From positions 10,331-74,330 of the forward strand of contig JAMPEJ010000005.1 in the NCBI GenBank assembly GCA_023665205.1: a stretch of DNA of 64,000 nt, written 5' to 3'. A program made the translations under genes and the position numbers. Numbering within the stretch: position 1 is the first letter of the stretch; each line of letters begins with the position of its first letter. Below the pieces are notes generated by a model. It worked only from the letters and a program-made list of their open reading frames with translations. It ran no database searches and was not told where the DNA came from. Positions 7,166-17,037 of this stretch are shown piece by piece. This DNA is from Corallococcus sp. (GTDB taxonomy: Bacteria > Bacillota > Clostridia > Christensenellales > CAG-314).

Positions 7166-9235
7166 CTATTCCTTATCTGCTTCCGGAGCGGAAGAGAAAT
7201 TTTCCGGACGCTCCATAAGCGCTTTGCGGGAAAGAGTGATGCGTTTCTGTTCGGCGTCGAATTCCAAAACTTCCACTTCCACCTCGTCGCCGACCTTCAA
7301 TACTTTGTTGATGTCGTCAATCCATTCCCAAGAATAGTTGGATACGTGCAACAAACCGTCGATATGTTTATCCAATTCGATAAAAGCACCGTACGGCATC
7401 AAACGTGCAACCTTACCTTTTACTATGGTACCAACGGGGAATTTTTCCTCCGCAAGTTCCCAAGGTTTGGGTTGAAGTTGTTTGTATCCCAAAGATACGC
7501 GGTTGTTTTCTCTGTCCAAAGCAAGCACTACAAACTCGTAGGTATTGCCGATTTCCAAAACGTCTGCCGGACCGTTTACGCGTTCCCAAGAAAGGTCGGA
7601 AGTATGAGCCAAGCAATCGAAACCGCGAACGTCTACGAAAGCGCCGAAACTTGCAAAACGCAAAACCTTGCCTTCGACAATTTCCTGTTCTTCGATATTG
7701 TTCCAAAATTCGTCTTCCTTCTCCTTGCGCTCTGCAAGCAAAATCGCCTTTTGGCTTGCATAGATTACGTGTTTGGAGTCGTCTACTTTATCTTCGGAAG
7801 AAACCAAGCGCAGAGTTTTGCCGACGTATTTGTCCAGTTCCTTTACAAAACCGATTTTTATTTGAGAAGCGTGCACTACGACGGTGTAACTGCCGAGTCT
7901 TCCCGTCAGGCAATTTTTGCCCGTGCGAGTCATCGTAACGGAGAATTCCTTGCCTTCCTTTATACCGCCGACAAGTTCGTCGTCCTTATAACGCTCGTCT
8001 ATCACTTTTTTGGAAAGGGTAATGCCCTTGTCTACGGAAATGACCGCGCACTCGATAGTCGCGTCGGGATCGGCTTTCAACTCGGCTTTGACCGCTTTGT
8101 AATCGCCGTCCATCGCCAACTCTTCGTTGGGGATAAACCCTTCTTTTTTGGCGTTGGGTATGCTTACGTATACTCCGTCTTCCGACATCAAAACGACGCG
8201 GCACTTTACCTTTTGTCCGGGACGGTATCTGGGACCTTCCTTTATTTGAGACACGGCTTTTGCCAACATTGCTTCGTTTTTGTCCATCACCTTTTCTTCT
8301 GCCGCCGACTCCGCCGCAACAGGCGCCGCTTCGTTTGCCGTTTCCGGTTGTACTTCCGCTACCGTTTGCGCTGCCGTTGCTTCAGCGTCTACCGTTTCCA
8401 CTGCTACGGTTTCTTTTGCACTGTCTACCATTCTTTCCAAAACCCCCTTGATCAACTCGGTCGGAGTTGATGCTCCCGAAATGATGCATACATTTCGTTT
8501 GTTATTTAAGTCGATATCACGCGCGTTTGCGCCGTCGCACAAAACCGTCGGACAGTTTTGCGATGCGATTTGAACAAGTCGGTTTGTGTTGGAACTGTGT
8601 TTGTCCCCCACGACCACCGCCAAATCGCACTGCTTGGACAGCATTTGGGCATAATATTGCCTTTGTGTAGTAGTATAACAAATTGTGTTGAATATTTCAA
8701 GCGTTTTGACGCCATCTGCAAAAATATTTTGCAAAGTTTTTTCAAAGGAACGCGTATCGAAGGTCGTTTGGAACAATACCAAAGCTTTTTCACACCCGGA
8801 AATACGCAATTCGCCCTTACCGTCAAAGACTGTCGCCGTATTTTGACACCATCCGTTTATCCCCTGTATTTCCGGATGAACCGCGTCGCCGACAAGCACT
8901 ATTTTGTAGCCCTCGTCGTGGTACTTTTTTGCTTTTTTTTGTATTGCTGATACGTAAGGACAGGTAGCGTCGACAACGGTAAGTCCTTTTTCGCGGGCAC
9001 GGTCAAACACCTGAGGAGGCGCGCCGTGCGCTCGGATTATAACCGTTTCTCCGTCCGGCACGTCCTCGATACTGTCGACGGTCACAACGCCTTTTTCTTT
9101 TAACATATCCACCACGTGCGCGTTGTGGACCAACTTGCCCAAACAAAACGCCCTGCCGGAAACTGACAAGGCTTTTGTAATAGCAGTGGACACGCCCGTG
9201 CAAAAACCGTATTCCTTTGGGAGAAGTATTCTCAT
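7166..9235 (-). CDS. ispH: IspH (HMBPP reductase)-ribosomal protein S1 fusion
   Basis: GFC.GV, HN, RAHG, DATCP, HPE, QTT, NTIC, SSN, GASTP motifs, followed by an acidic linker and S1 repeats (FGAFVD, YGAFIEL). Confidence 0.95.
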   Translation of the reverse strand: MRILLPKEYGFCTGVSTAITKALSVSGRAFCLGKLVHNAHVVDMLKEKGVVTVDSIEDVPDGETVIIRAHGAPPQVFDRAREKGLTVVDATCPYVSAIQKKAKKYHDEGYKIVLVGDAVHPEIQGINGWCQNTATVFDGKGELRISGCEKALVLFQTTFDTRSFEKTLQNIFADGVKTLEIFNTICYTTTQRQYYAQMLSKQCDLAVVVGDKHSSNTNRLVQIASQNCPTVLCDGANARDIDLNNKRNVCIISGASTPTELIKGVLERMVDSAKETVAVETVDAEATAAQTVAEVQPETANEAAPVAAESAAEEKVMDKNEAMLAKAVSQIKEGPRYRPGQKVKCRVVLMSEDGVYVSIPNAKKEGFIPNEELAMDGDYKAVKAELKADPDATIECAVISVDKGITLSKKVIDERYKDDELVGGIKEGKEFSVTMTRTGKNCLTGRLGSYTVVVHASQIKIGFVKELDKYVGKTLRLVSSEDKVDDSKHVIYASQKAILLAERKEKEDEFWNNIEEQEIVEGKVLRFASFGAFVDVRGFDCLAHTSDLSWERVNGPADVLEIGNTYEFVVLALDRENNRVSLGYKQLQPKPWELAEEKFPVGTIVKGKVARLMPYGAFIELDKHIDGLLHVSNYSWEWIDDINKVLKVGDEVEVEVLEFDAEQKRITLSRKALMERPENFSSAPEADKE

Positions 9236-9957
9236 TATTTACCCTCGCCCTCGTTTGCGGCAAATTGATTTTCCTGCGTTTTTTGTTTTTGGTTGTAGCG
9301 GTTGATTTTTTCCACTTCTTTCTTGGAAAGTTTGCGACGACGTTTGCCTTTTTTCGCAAGCGTTTCGTCCAATCGGATACGCAATTCGTCCACCTTGCAA
9401 CGGATATGCTCTGTGGCCTCCGCAAGCACTTCTTTTGTAAGCGGCTTGCCGTAGAATTCGTCCAAAGTAAATTCGTCGCCTATCAGTATGTAATTCTTGT
9501 GAAAAGCCTTGGATTTATCCCAAATACAAAAAGGCCGCACGGGCGAATGCGTTTTGAGCGCAAACATAGCCGCGCCCGTATGGAATGGCTGCAAGCAGTC
9601 GGTTCGCGGATTGCGCGTGCCCTCGGGGAACAACCCCACTATTTTGTCGTCGTGGAGATTTTTCAAAATGGCTTTCGTTGCGGCAAGATCCACTTCGCCG
9701 CGGTGAACCGGAACGAAATCCAATCCCTTAAATACCCAATTCAGCACTGCGGAACGGTCGAACTCCGCCTTGTAAACGAATGACAGCCAAGTTTTTGACC
9801 ACATGGTGTACACCACGGGATCCCAACCGGAAATGTGATTACCTACAAGTAGCGTTTTCCGTTTGGGCAGTTTGCGAGGGCCTATCACCTTGACGGGAAA
9901 GAAAGGCTTGACCAAGATCCTTGCTATTGACGCTATCAGTACTACAAATTTGTTCAC
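9235..9957 (-). CDS. plsC: 1-acyl-sn-glycerol-3-phosphate acyltransferase
   Basis: NHISGWD (HX4D) and FPEGTR motifs; GTG start with GGAGG SD. Confidence 0.93.
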   Translation of the reverse strand: MNKFVVLIASIARILVKPFFPVKVIGPRKLPKRKTLLVGNHISGWDPVVYTMWSKTWLSFVYKAEFDRSAVLNWVFKGLDFVPVHRGEVDLAATKAILKNLHDDKIVGLFPEGTRNPRTDCLQPFHTGAAMFALKTHSPVRPFCIWDKSKAFHKNYILIGDEFTLDEFYGKPLTKEVLAEATEHIRCKVDELRIRLDETLAKKGKRRRKLSKKEVEKINRYNQKQKTQENQFAANEGEGK

Positions 9958-10203
9958 GGAACCTCCGAGAGTCCTTTACTTTTATTCTAGTTGTTATACG
10001 CTTTTGTATGCAGCGTGCGCCGCAAACTACGCCGTTAAACAGCAGGCGACGTTATTGACTTGCCTGCGTAAAATACGTTATACAAATAATCACGCGGAAA
10101 AACGATACTCGGCACAGGCGCGTCTTACATACAAAACCGATTAGATTCTATACACAACCTTTGCAAAAAGATTTTAACAAACGCGCAGAAAAATTGCAAC
10201 GGT

Positions 10204-10557
10204 TCAAGACAAATCCGGACGTAAAATTGCCGCGTCGCCGAGATACACAGGGATAAGAGTCGAACTTTGTTCCGTTTCCGCAAACACCGCCGCACGTATG
10301 CAAAAGGGTAGCATGCCTACAACAGACATTTCCTGCGAACACATAAAAGCGACGTTATCCATACAAAATTCCCTTCTTACGGCGGTTGCCGGATTAGCCG
10401 CGTCAAGATCGCGCGTTACGGTAAAAAATATCGCAGATACGTTTTTGTTTTCCAAACGGTTGCGGGAAAGGATTTCCCCGATCAATCGGGAAGCGTTCTG
10501 TGAGATACTTTCCGCCGTATTTTGAGCGCATACGGCGCCGCGGACGATTTTTAACAT
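10204..10557 (-). CDS. aroH: Chorismate mutase, AroH class
   Basis: VRGA, FTVTRDLDA..PA, EM.V.G....CIR, VYLG.A..LRPDL. Confidence 0.93.
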   Translation of the reverse strand: MLKIVRGAVCAQNTAESISQNASRLIGEILSRNRLENKNVSAIFFTVTRDLDAANPATAVRREFCMDNVAFMCSQEMSVVGMLPFCIRAAVFAETEQSSTLIPVYLGDAAILRPDLS

Positions 10558-10563
10558 AACAGT

Positions 10564-11802
10564 TTATTCCTCCAGAGAAGCGGAAATGCCGCTGACGTAA
10601 CCCGTGGACAATGCGATTTGGATATTGTAGCCGCCGGTAAGCGCGTCCACGTCCAGCACTTCGCCCGCAAAATACAAACCTTTTTGCAGTTTGCTTTGCA
10701 TTGTTTTGGGATCTATTTCGCGTACGTCTACGCCGCCGCAAGTTACTATAGCGTTGTTGACGTCGTCCAAACCGACAAACGGAAAAGAGAGATTTTTAAG
10801 CGTGCTTACCAAATCGGTGCGCTCGGCAGCGGAAATTTTATTTACTTTTTTATCAGGAAAAATACCGCATTGACGCACTACTTCACCAACTAAGCGCGCG
10901 GGCAAAAGCGCGTCCAATGCGTTTTCAAAATTTTTGTTCATCCTTTCGGAAAAATCGCGCAGGACTCTGTCGTCCAACTTTTCAGAAGAAAGCGCAGGTT
11001 TCAAATCTAAACAAACTTGCGCGGAGCGTGCCCGACGGGAATCATAGTGAACGAAAGACGTCACACGCGATGATAAAGTGAGCGCCGCAGGACCGGACAC
11101 TCCGTCGTCGGTAAACAGCATTTCTCCGAACTCGCTTGCAACCGTCTTGCCTTCCGCGACAAAACTTATTTGTACGTTTTTGAGAGAAAGTCCCTCGAGA
11201 GCGGACGTCCCCTTGCATAAAATACGGCAGAGCGCAGGTTTTGGGTCAACCACCGTATGACCGAAATCACGGGCAACGCAATAGCCGAAACCGTCGCTGC
11301 CGGTCGTTCGGTAACTGTAACCGCCGGTTGCAACAATTACTTTATCGCAAGATCGCACGCCTGCGGAAGTTTGCAGCAAAAAACCTTGTCCGAAATAGGA
11401 AACGGAGAAAACTTCGCAACCTAAAAGTACCGATACGCGTTCCTCCTCCAGCGCCTTGGTAAAAGTCTTGATCACGTCGCTGGACTTGTCGCTTTGCGGA
11501 AAAACGCGGTTTCCGCGTTCTACCTTGAGCAGCAAACCGTGTTCGGAGCAAAAATCAATTGTGTTTTGCGGCGAAAATCTGTGAAGCGCCCCTTGCAAAA
11601 ATTTGGGACTAGTAACGACGTTAGGCAAAAAATCGGCAACTGCGCAGTCGTTGGTAACGTTGCAACGGCCTTTACCGCTTATGTAAAGTTTTTTTCCCAG
11701 CTTTTCGTTTTTTTCCATCAATGTGACGCGAGCGCCGCAATTTGCCGCAGCCACTGCTGACATCATTCCGGCAGGGCCTCCGCCGATAACTACAATATCC
11801 AT
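10564..11802 (-). CDS. HI0933/BaiN family NAD(P)/FAD-dependent oxidoreductase
   Basis: IGGGPAGMM, GKKL.ISGKGRCNVTN, ATGG.SY..TGSDG, GLYFAGEVLDVDALTGGYN. Confidence 0.95.
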   Translation of the reverse strand: MDIVVIGGGPAGMMSAVAAANCGARVTLMEKNEKLGKKLYISGKGRCNVTNDCAVADFLPNVVTSPKFLQGALHRFSPQNTIDFCSEHGLLLKVERGNRVFPQSDKSSDVIKTFTKALEEERVSVLLGCEVFSVSYFGQGFLLQTSAGVRSCDKVIVATGGYSYRTTGSDGFGYCVARDFGHTVVDPKPALCRILCKGTSALEGLSLKNVQISFVAEGKTVASEFGEMLFTDDGVSGPAALTLSSRVTSFVHYDSRRARSAQVCLDLKPALSSEKLDDRVLRDFSERMNKNFENALDALLPARLVGEVVRQCGIFPDKKVNKISAAERTDLVSTLKNLSFPFVGLDDVNNAIVTCGGVDVREIDPKTMQSKLQKGLYFAGEVLDVDALTGGYNIQIALSTGYVSGISASLEE

Positions 11803-11847
11803 AATTGCCTCCGACCAAACGGCGTTGCGAGATTTGTCTCTCCTGCG

Positions 11848-12600
11848 CTATTTTAGACGTTTTTCCAAATGTTTAAGCGCGTAAATAGCGTCGAAATTAG
11901 TGCGCACTATGGAAAGCGGAGTGACGGTGATATAGCCTGCCTCCGACAGCGCGACGTCAGTGTCTTTTTCCTGCAAATCGCATCGGAAACCCGTGCTTAC
12001 AAAGCAGTCTGGTTCGTCGGTTTGCGGTTCCATGTAGTCGTTGTAAAGTTTCGCTTCGCTGTGTTTTACAACGCGCACGCCGCGTATTTGCTCGGCAGGT
12101 AAATCCGGCACGTTGATATTAAGCAACGTGTCCTTAATACTTATTTTACATAATTCGTCCAAATTGCGCACAAGAAAGTCTACGGCCGTAACAAAACTGC
12201 CTCCGCGCCCTAAGCGGGAAAGCGCAATGCTTTTGTAACCGCACAAAACGCCTTCCTCCGCCGCGCCCACCGTACCGGAATACAAAATGGCATTGCCGCT
12301 GTTTTCGCCGTTGTTAGGTCCGGAAACAAGCAAATCAAACGGAATTTTGAGGACGCTTTCCGCAAATTTAACGCAGTCGGACGGAGTGCCGGAAAATGCG
12401 TACGCTTCCGTTGCATTAAAGTAGTTTTCCATACGCTTGACGTACAGACGTTTGAAAAAGCATGCCCCGTGTGCGGTAGCAGAACGCTGACCGTCCGGCG
12501 CCACAACGTACACTTGGTGGTTAAGCGAACTCAGGCGCTGACAAAGCAGCCCCAAGCCTTCGGAATCTATTCCGTCGTCGTTTGTAAGAAGTATTTTCAT
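11848..12600 (-). CDS. surE: 5'/3'-nucleotidase SurE
   Basis: ILLTNDDGI, VVAP, GTP.DCV, VSG.N.G.N, YSGTVGAA.EG. Confidence 0.96.
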   Translation of the reverse strand: MKILLTNDDGIDSEGLGLLCQRLSSLNHQVYVVAPDGQRSATAHGACFFKRLYVKRMENYFNATEAYAFSGTPSDCVKFAESVLKIPFDLLVSGPNNGENSGNAILYSGTVGAAEEGVLCGYKSIALSRLGRGGSFVTAVDFLVRNLDELCKISIKDTLLNINVPDLPAEQIRGVRVVKHSEAKLYNDYMEPQTDEPDCFVSTGFRCDLQEKDTDVALSEAGYITVTPLSIVRTNFDAIYALKHLEKRLK

Positions 12601-12731
12601 ATAGATTTTCCTTTGCGGTATTTAATATCCGGTTGCAATATCGACATAATAGCGTCTCCTTGCTTTACGGCGACACAAACGCAAAACTTCGGAAACGTAT
12701 CGCATATAACTCCGCGTAACGGATAATTACG

Positions 12732-13439
12732 TCACTTCAGGGATTTGATATAGGCAAGTTCTTTGTCGTTTAGAAAACGGTACTTGCCGCGCTGCAAACC
12801 GCCCAAATGCAACTCGCCCACGGAAACGCGTTTCAAAAACTCCACCTCTTTGCCGACGCACTCGAACATCTTTTTGATTTGGTGATTGCGGCCTTCCGTC
12901 ACCGTTATTTCAACGCGCGTGTGATGCTCGTCGCGTTGAACTATTTTGACTTTGGCAGGCGCTGTAGGAGAGCCGTCTACGGTCACTCCTTGCTCCAACT
13001 GTTTGCGTTCGGTCTCGGCTAGAGAGCCGGACAGGCGTGCGACGTAAGTTTTTTCCACTTTGTTTTTGGGATGAGTAAGTTTGTTTGCCGCGTCGCCGTC
13101 GTTGGTAAGCAGCAACAGCCCCTCCGTGTCGTAGTCGAGCCGCCCTACCGGGAACAAACGCGCAGGCACTCCGTCTACGAGATCCATGACGGTCTTGCGT
13201 CCCAATTCGTCCTTTACGGTGGTAACGTAACCTTTGGGTTTGTGCAGCATTACGTAAAAGTTTTTAGCCTTTTGCCCTATGCGCCTACCTCGAACGGTCA
13301 CTTGATCGTCATCGCCTACGACCGCCCCCAAAGCGGCGATTTTACCGTTGACTTTCACTTCTCCGTTTTGAATTATTCTATCGCACTCGCGTCTGCTGCC
13401 AACTCCGCATGCGGCCAAATATTTATTAAGTCTTTCCAT
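12732..13439 (-). CDS. rluB: 23S rRNA pseudouridine synthase, RluB/RsuA family
   Basis: S4 domain ERLNKYLA..SRR; VGRLDYDTEGLLLLTNDG; EGRNHQIK. Confidence 0.92.
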   Translation of the reverse strand: MERLNKYLAACGVGSRRECDRIIQNGEVKVNGKIAALGAVVGDDDQVTVRGRRIGQKAKNFYVMLHKPKGYVTTVKDELGRKTVMDLVDGVPARLFPVGRLDYDTEGLLLLTNDGDAANKLTHPKNKVEKTYVARLSGSLAETERKQLEQGVTVDGSPTAPAKVKIVQRDEHHTRVEITVTEGRNHQIKKMFECVGKEVEFLKRVSVGELHLGGLQRGKYRFLNDKELAYIKSLK

Positions 13440-13954
13440 AAATTTCCTCTTATCCTGCGCAACGGTTCCGTGCGCCGAAATAATTTTGCAAGCATATCGC
13501 CAACTGCGTTCACCGCTTTAGTAACGATAAAAATAACGCACGCTGTTTCTTAGCCGCAGCAACAATCCTTCGTCAAAAAAATCACACACGACCGCGCCAC
13601 CGCCGATCCGCGCGGCGGAAGATTCTTTGCCGCCGCAGTTATCTGCAAAATACGACAAAAAAGATTACTGAATAATATAGTAACCTTTTTGAGCGGAAAT
13701 TGCAAGTATTTTGTTATTTAGATATATTATTGATAAATTGCGGCTAAATTTGCCTTTTCTATATGCAAAATCGTATGTTATGTCTGTAATAGTATTATGC
13801 AAAATACGTATTTTGACACATGGTTCGCCTATAGAAAAGGTGAAAACCTTACAAATCACCGAAAATAATCACAAAGAGTTTTTTGAGATTTTTTTAACGG
13901 CGTACAGACAAAAGGGACAGACCGTTAAATTTGTAAGCCGCAACAGGTTTACAT

Positions 13955-15004
13955 TTATTCTACCGGAATCAATTTGCGCGTAAACACCGTTGCGCCGTTC
14001 ACGTCTACTTCTATTTTTTGTTCGTTTTCTTCTACATACACTCTCGTGGTCGCTTTTTCGCCCTCGGCAAGAGGATAGTAGAAGGGATCTTCGCAATAGT
14101 AGTAGGTGGGTTTACCGTGACGGTAAACGACGCCGCAAAGTTTGTTTTGAGGAACGACGCATTTCAATTCGTATTCCGCAAAAGCGGCATCCAAGAGGCT
14201 TGCCGTATCCTCGAACATAGGACCGCAGTTCAACACTACTACCACCACTTGCATACCGTTGCGCGTTGCACTCCCCACAAAGCAACGACCGGCTTTTTTA
14301 GTATATCCGGTTTTTACCCCGTCGGCGCCTTCACAGTTGAAAAGCAGTTTGTTTTTGTTTGTCAGGACGCGCAAGTAGTCGTAGCCGTCGTTGCTGATTT
14401 TAGCGCTCTTAGTCGCAACGATTTCCGCAAAATCACGGTTTTTGAGGGCGTTGCAAGTGATGCGCGCCAAATCTTTTGCCGTGGTATAGTGATTGTCGTC
14501 CGGCAATCCGTGCGGATTGGCAAAATTGCTGTTTTCGCAGCCGACGTTTTCGGCGGTCTCGTTCATCATTTTACAAAAGTTTTCCACCGTACCGCCGGTA
14601 TTTAGAGCCAATGCTACTGCGCAATCGTTGCCGCTACGGAGCATCAGCCCTAGCAGCAGTTCGCGCACCGTAAGGCGTTCGCCGACGCGCAAATATACGG
14701 ACGATCCCTCGATCCCGCAAGCTTCGGCAGGGATTTCCACAGACTTATCTAGATCCGGTTCGCGCTCTATCACCGTCAAGGCTGTGACTATCTTGGTAGT
14801 GCTGGCCATTGGCAGTTGCGCATCGGCATTTTTTTGCCACAGAATGCGGCCGCTTGATTTTTCCATAACCACTGCGCTTTGAGCGGAAGTTTGAAAATTT
14901 GCCGCAGCCTGTGCCGATCCGCTTAAAGACACAACCGCCGCAAACGTCAAACACAACAGCAGAACAAGACATATTAAATTTTTTGTCGTTTTTGTAGTAA
15001 CCAT
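13955..15004 (-). CDS. dacB: D-alanyl-D-alanine carboxypeptidase (peptidase S11, DacB-like)
   Basis: STTK, SGN and KTG motifs; signal peptide; position after ytfIJ; start taken at ATG 15004. Confidence 0.85.
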   Translation of the reverse strand: MVTTKTTKNLICLVLLLCLTFAAVVSLSGSAQAAANFQTSAQSAVVMEKSSGRILWQKNADAQLPMASTTKIVTALTVIEREPDLDKSVEIPAEACGIEGSSVYLRVGERLTVRELLLGLMLRSGNDCAVALALNTGGTVENFCKMMNETAENVGCENSNFANPHGLPDDNHYTTAKDLARITCNALKNRDFAEIVATKSAKISNDGYDYLRVLTNKNKLLFNCEGADGVKTGYTKKAGRCFVGSATRNGMQVVVVVLNCGPMFEDTASLLDAAFAEYELKCVVPQNKLCGVVYRHGKPTYYYCEDPFYYPLAEGEKATTRVYVEENEQKIEVDVNGATVFTRKLIPVE

Positions 15005-15207
15005 ATATGTACGCCACGCTGTCCGTCGCGGAAAAGTCCGCCGGCTCGTCGGCACGCTAACGATTTATTTATGCAACCGACTTGCCGCACGACTTCCAAG
15101 CGTATTTGCAAAAATCCGTCGACCTACGTAACGTTCAACGTATGCCGACGCAAAATAGCGTTTAGTGTAAGCGCAAATTACTTAAACTTACCGATCACGC
15201 TGCGTTG

Positions 15208-15579
15208 CTAGTTTTTGAAAGATTTTACAACGTCCTTTGCAACGTCGAAAATTTTGTTTGCAGTGCTTTCGCGGTCTGCCTCGATCACACGCACGCCCTC
15301 GCGGTCAATGACCAAAAATCCGACGGGAGTAAGACTTGCGCCGCCGCCGCTGCCGCCGGCGAAATTAGCCAAAGAACCGTCTCCGATAAACTTTTTTGGT
15401 GGAACTTTGTTGCCGTATTCGCCGCCGCCCGCCATAAACGCAAACGTGATTTGCGAAATAGGCATAATAGTCGTACCGTCCATAGTTACTATCGGCTTAC
15501 CGATGATCGTATTTACTTCGGCGACCTTACTGAGATTAGAAACGGCGGTTTCCACAATATCGCTTATTTGTTGATCCAT
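15208..15579 (-). CDS. ytfJ: Sporulation/germination protein GerW (YtfJ)
   Basis: NTIIGKPI..DG..I.P.S.....AGGGEY..FAGGSGGG..L.P.GFLVI. Confidence 0.93.
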   Translation of the reverse strand: MDQQISDIVETAVSNLSKVAEVNTIIGKPIVTMDGTTIMPISQITFAFMAGGGEYGNKVPPKKFIGDGSLANFAGGSGGGASLTPVGFLVIDREGVRVIEADRESTANKIFDVAKDVVKSFKN

Positions 15580-15675
15580 ATTGCTTACTTCCTTTTGAAA
15601 TTTGTTGTTTTTTTAAGTAAGACACATGCAATTTACAGTTGCAACAGTCCGAAATACAGCAACTTTTTTTGCCGC

Positions 15676-16188
15676 TCATGCTTTCTTTCCTGTTTTAAGC
15701 GAATTCGCCCAAGAACGGAACATAGCGAGAAAAACTCCCGCAAGGCTTACGCTCATACGTGCCTCTCCGTATATTGCAGTCGAATTAGCCATTTGCGTAG
15801 CAACGTGAATTTTACAGTTAGATAATGCGCAGGCAACCGTCGTTGACATAAAAACCAGACCTTCCAAAATCACCATAGTTTGCGGACTTTGGACAATATA
15901 GTTTGTAGCAACGGTTACGTTTACGCTATCTACGACGACGGCTTTCAGATAAAATTTGCCGCCTTTCGGATCTATTTCCGGCAGATTGATTTTGGTATCC
16001 ACCGAGCCTTGACAGTTAAGATATTTGCCGTTCAAAGTAAATTTTTCATTAAAAAACGTTATATGAAAAATTTTAAGACGCACTATCAGCACTTTTTGAG
16101 CAAAGTTCAGACAAAATGCCACTCTTGCGCGAAGGGGCGCCATAACAAGCACGGCAATAAACATTACGGTTGTCAGCGCAATTATCAT
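15676..16188 (-). CDS. YtfI/DUF2953-like membrane-anchored sporulation protein
   Basis: N-terminal TM; lies between scpB and ytfJ; start taken at ATG 16188. Confidence 0.6.
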   Translation of the reverse strand: MIIALTTVMFIAVLVMAPLRARVAFCLNFAQKVLIVRLKIFHITFFNEKFTLNGKYLNCQGSVDTKINLPEIDPKGGKFYLKAVVVDSVNVTVATNYIVQSPQTMVILEGLVFMSTTVACALSNCKIHVATQMANSTAIYGEARMSVSLAGVFLAMFRSWANSLKTGKKA

Positions 16189-16197
16189 AACCTTTGT

Positions 16198-16227
16198 TAG
16201 TGTGGATTTTCCGTATAAAAAATATAC
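16198..16227 (-). promoter_or_regulatory. sigma-G/F-type promoter for ytfIJ
   Basis: GTATA-N18-CACACTA. Confidence 0.5.
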
Positions 16228-16346
16228 CTGTTTGAATATAAATGAAAATCTACAACTTTTTCGAGCGCAGCGAGAAAAAATTCTGCATTTTTGCGACAAT
16301 AATTATACGGAGTTTCCGCATATAAAAAATAAACAACTTTTTTTAT

Positions 16347-16375
16347 AAAAAAAAGCAACCGCAAATACGGTTGCT
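16347..16375 (-). terminator. terminator after scpB
   Basis: agcaaccg-N6-cggttgct hairpin plus T8 on the minus strand. Confidence 0.8.
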
Positions 16376-16404
16376 CAAAACAATGCCGACAAACTGCGGC
16401 AAGT

Positions 16405-17037
16405 CTATTCTACTACTTCCACTTCCTCATTCTGCAAAAACTCCGGTACTTGTTCTTCCTCCACCTTGTCGAACATCGGTTTTTCCACCGTCTTTACGGC
16501 AGTGTTTTCGTAGGAAATCTCTTTCAACTTGGCTAATAACGTTTCGTAGTCAGGCAGTTCCGTCACGTCTCCGATGGAAAACCGTTTCAAAAAATCGTCG
16601 GTAGTAGCAAAAAGTAAAGGCTTTCCGATAGTCTCTTTGTGCCCGACAGCCTCTATCATCCCAAGACGCGTAAGATTTTGTATGGAATAGGTGCAGTCGA
16701 CCGCGCGCACTTCCTCAACTTCCAACCGAGTGACCGGCTGTTTGTAGGCAATGATAGCAAGAGTCTCCAACATAGCGTTGGTCAATTCCTTTTCCTTGAT
16801 GGGATTCAAAACAGACTCCACTTCTTTGGAATACTCCGGATTTGTGGCAAACTGCAATTTTCCGTTGAAACGCAGCAAATGAATTCCGTTTTCTCCGCCG
16901 AAATCCGCCATAAGCTCGCTTACAGCCGCACGGAATTCCTTGTCGGAAACCTGCAATTTTTCTTTAATAAACTTTTCCTCCACGGCCTTGCCGGAAAGGA
17001 ACAATATTGATTGTATAACGTTACTCAAACGACTCAT
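16405..17037 (-). CDS. scpB: SMC-Scp complex subunit ScpB
   Basis: LETLAIIAYKQPVTR.E.EEVR; G.PLLF.TT..FL..F. Confidence 0.96.
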   Translation of the reverse strand: MSRLSNVIQSILFLSGKAVEEKFIKEKLQVSDKEFRAAVSELMADFGGENGIHLLRFNGKLQFATNPEYSKEVESVLNPIKEKELTNAMLETLAIIAYKQPVTRLEVEEVRAVDCTYSIQNLTRLGMIEAVGHKETIGKPLLFATTDDFLKRFSIGDVTELPDYETLLAKLKEISYENTAVKTVEKPMFDKVEEEQVPEFLQNEEVEVVE

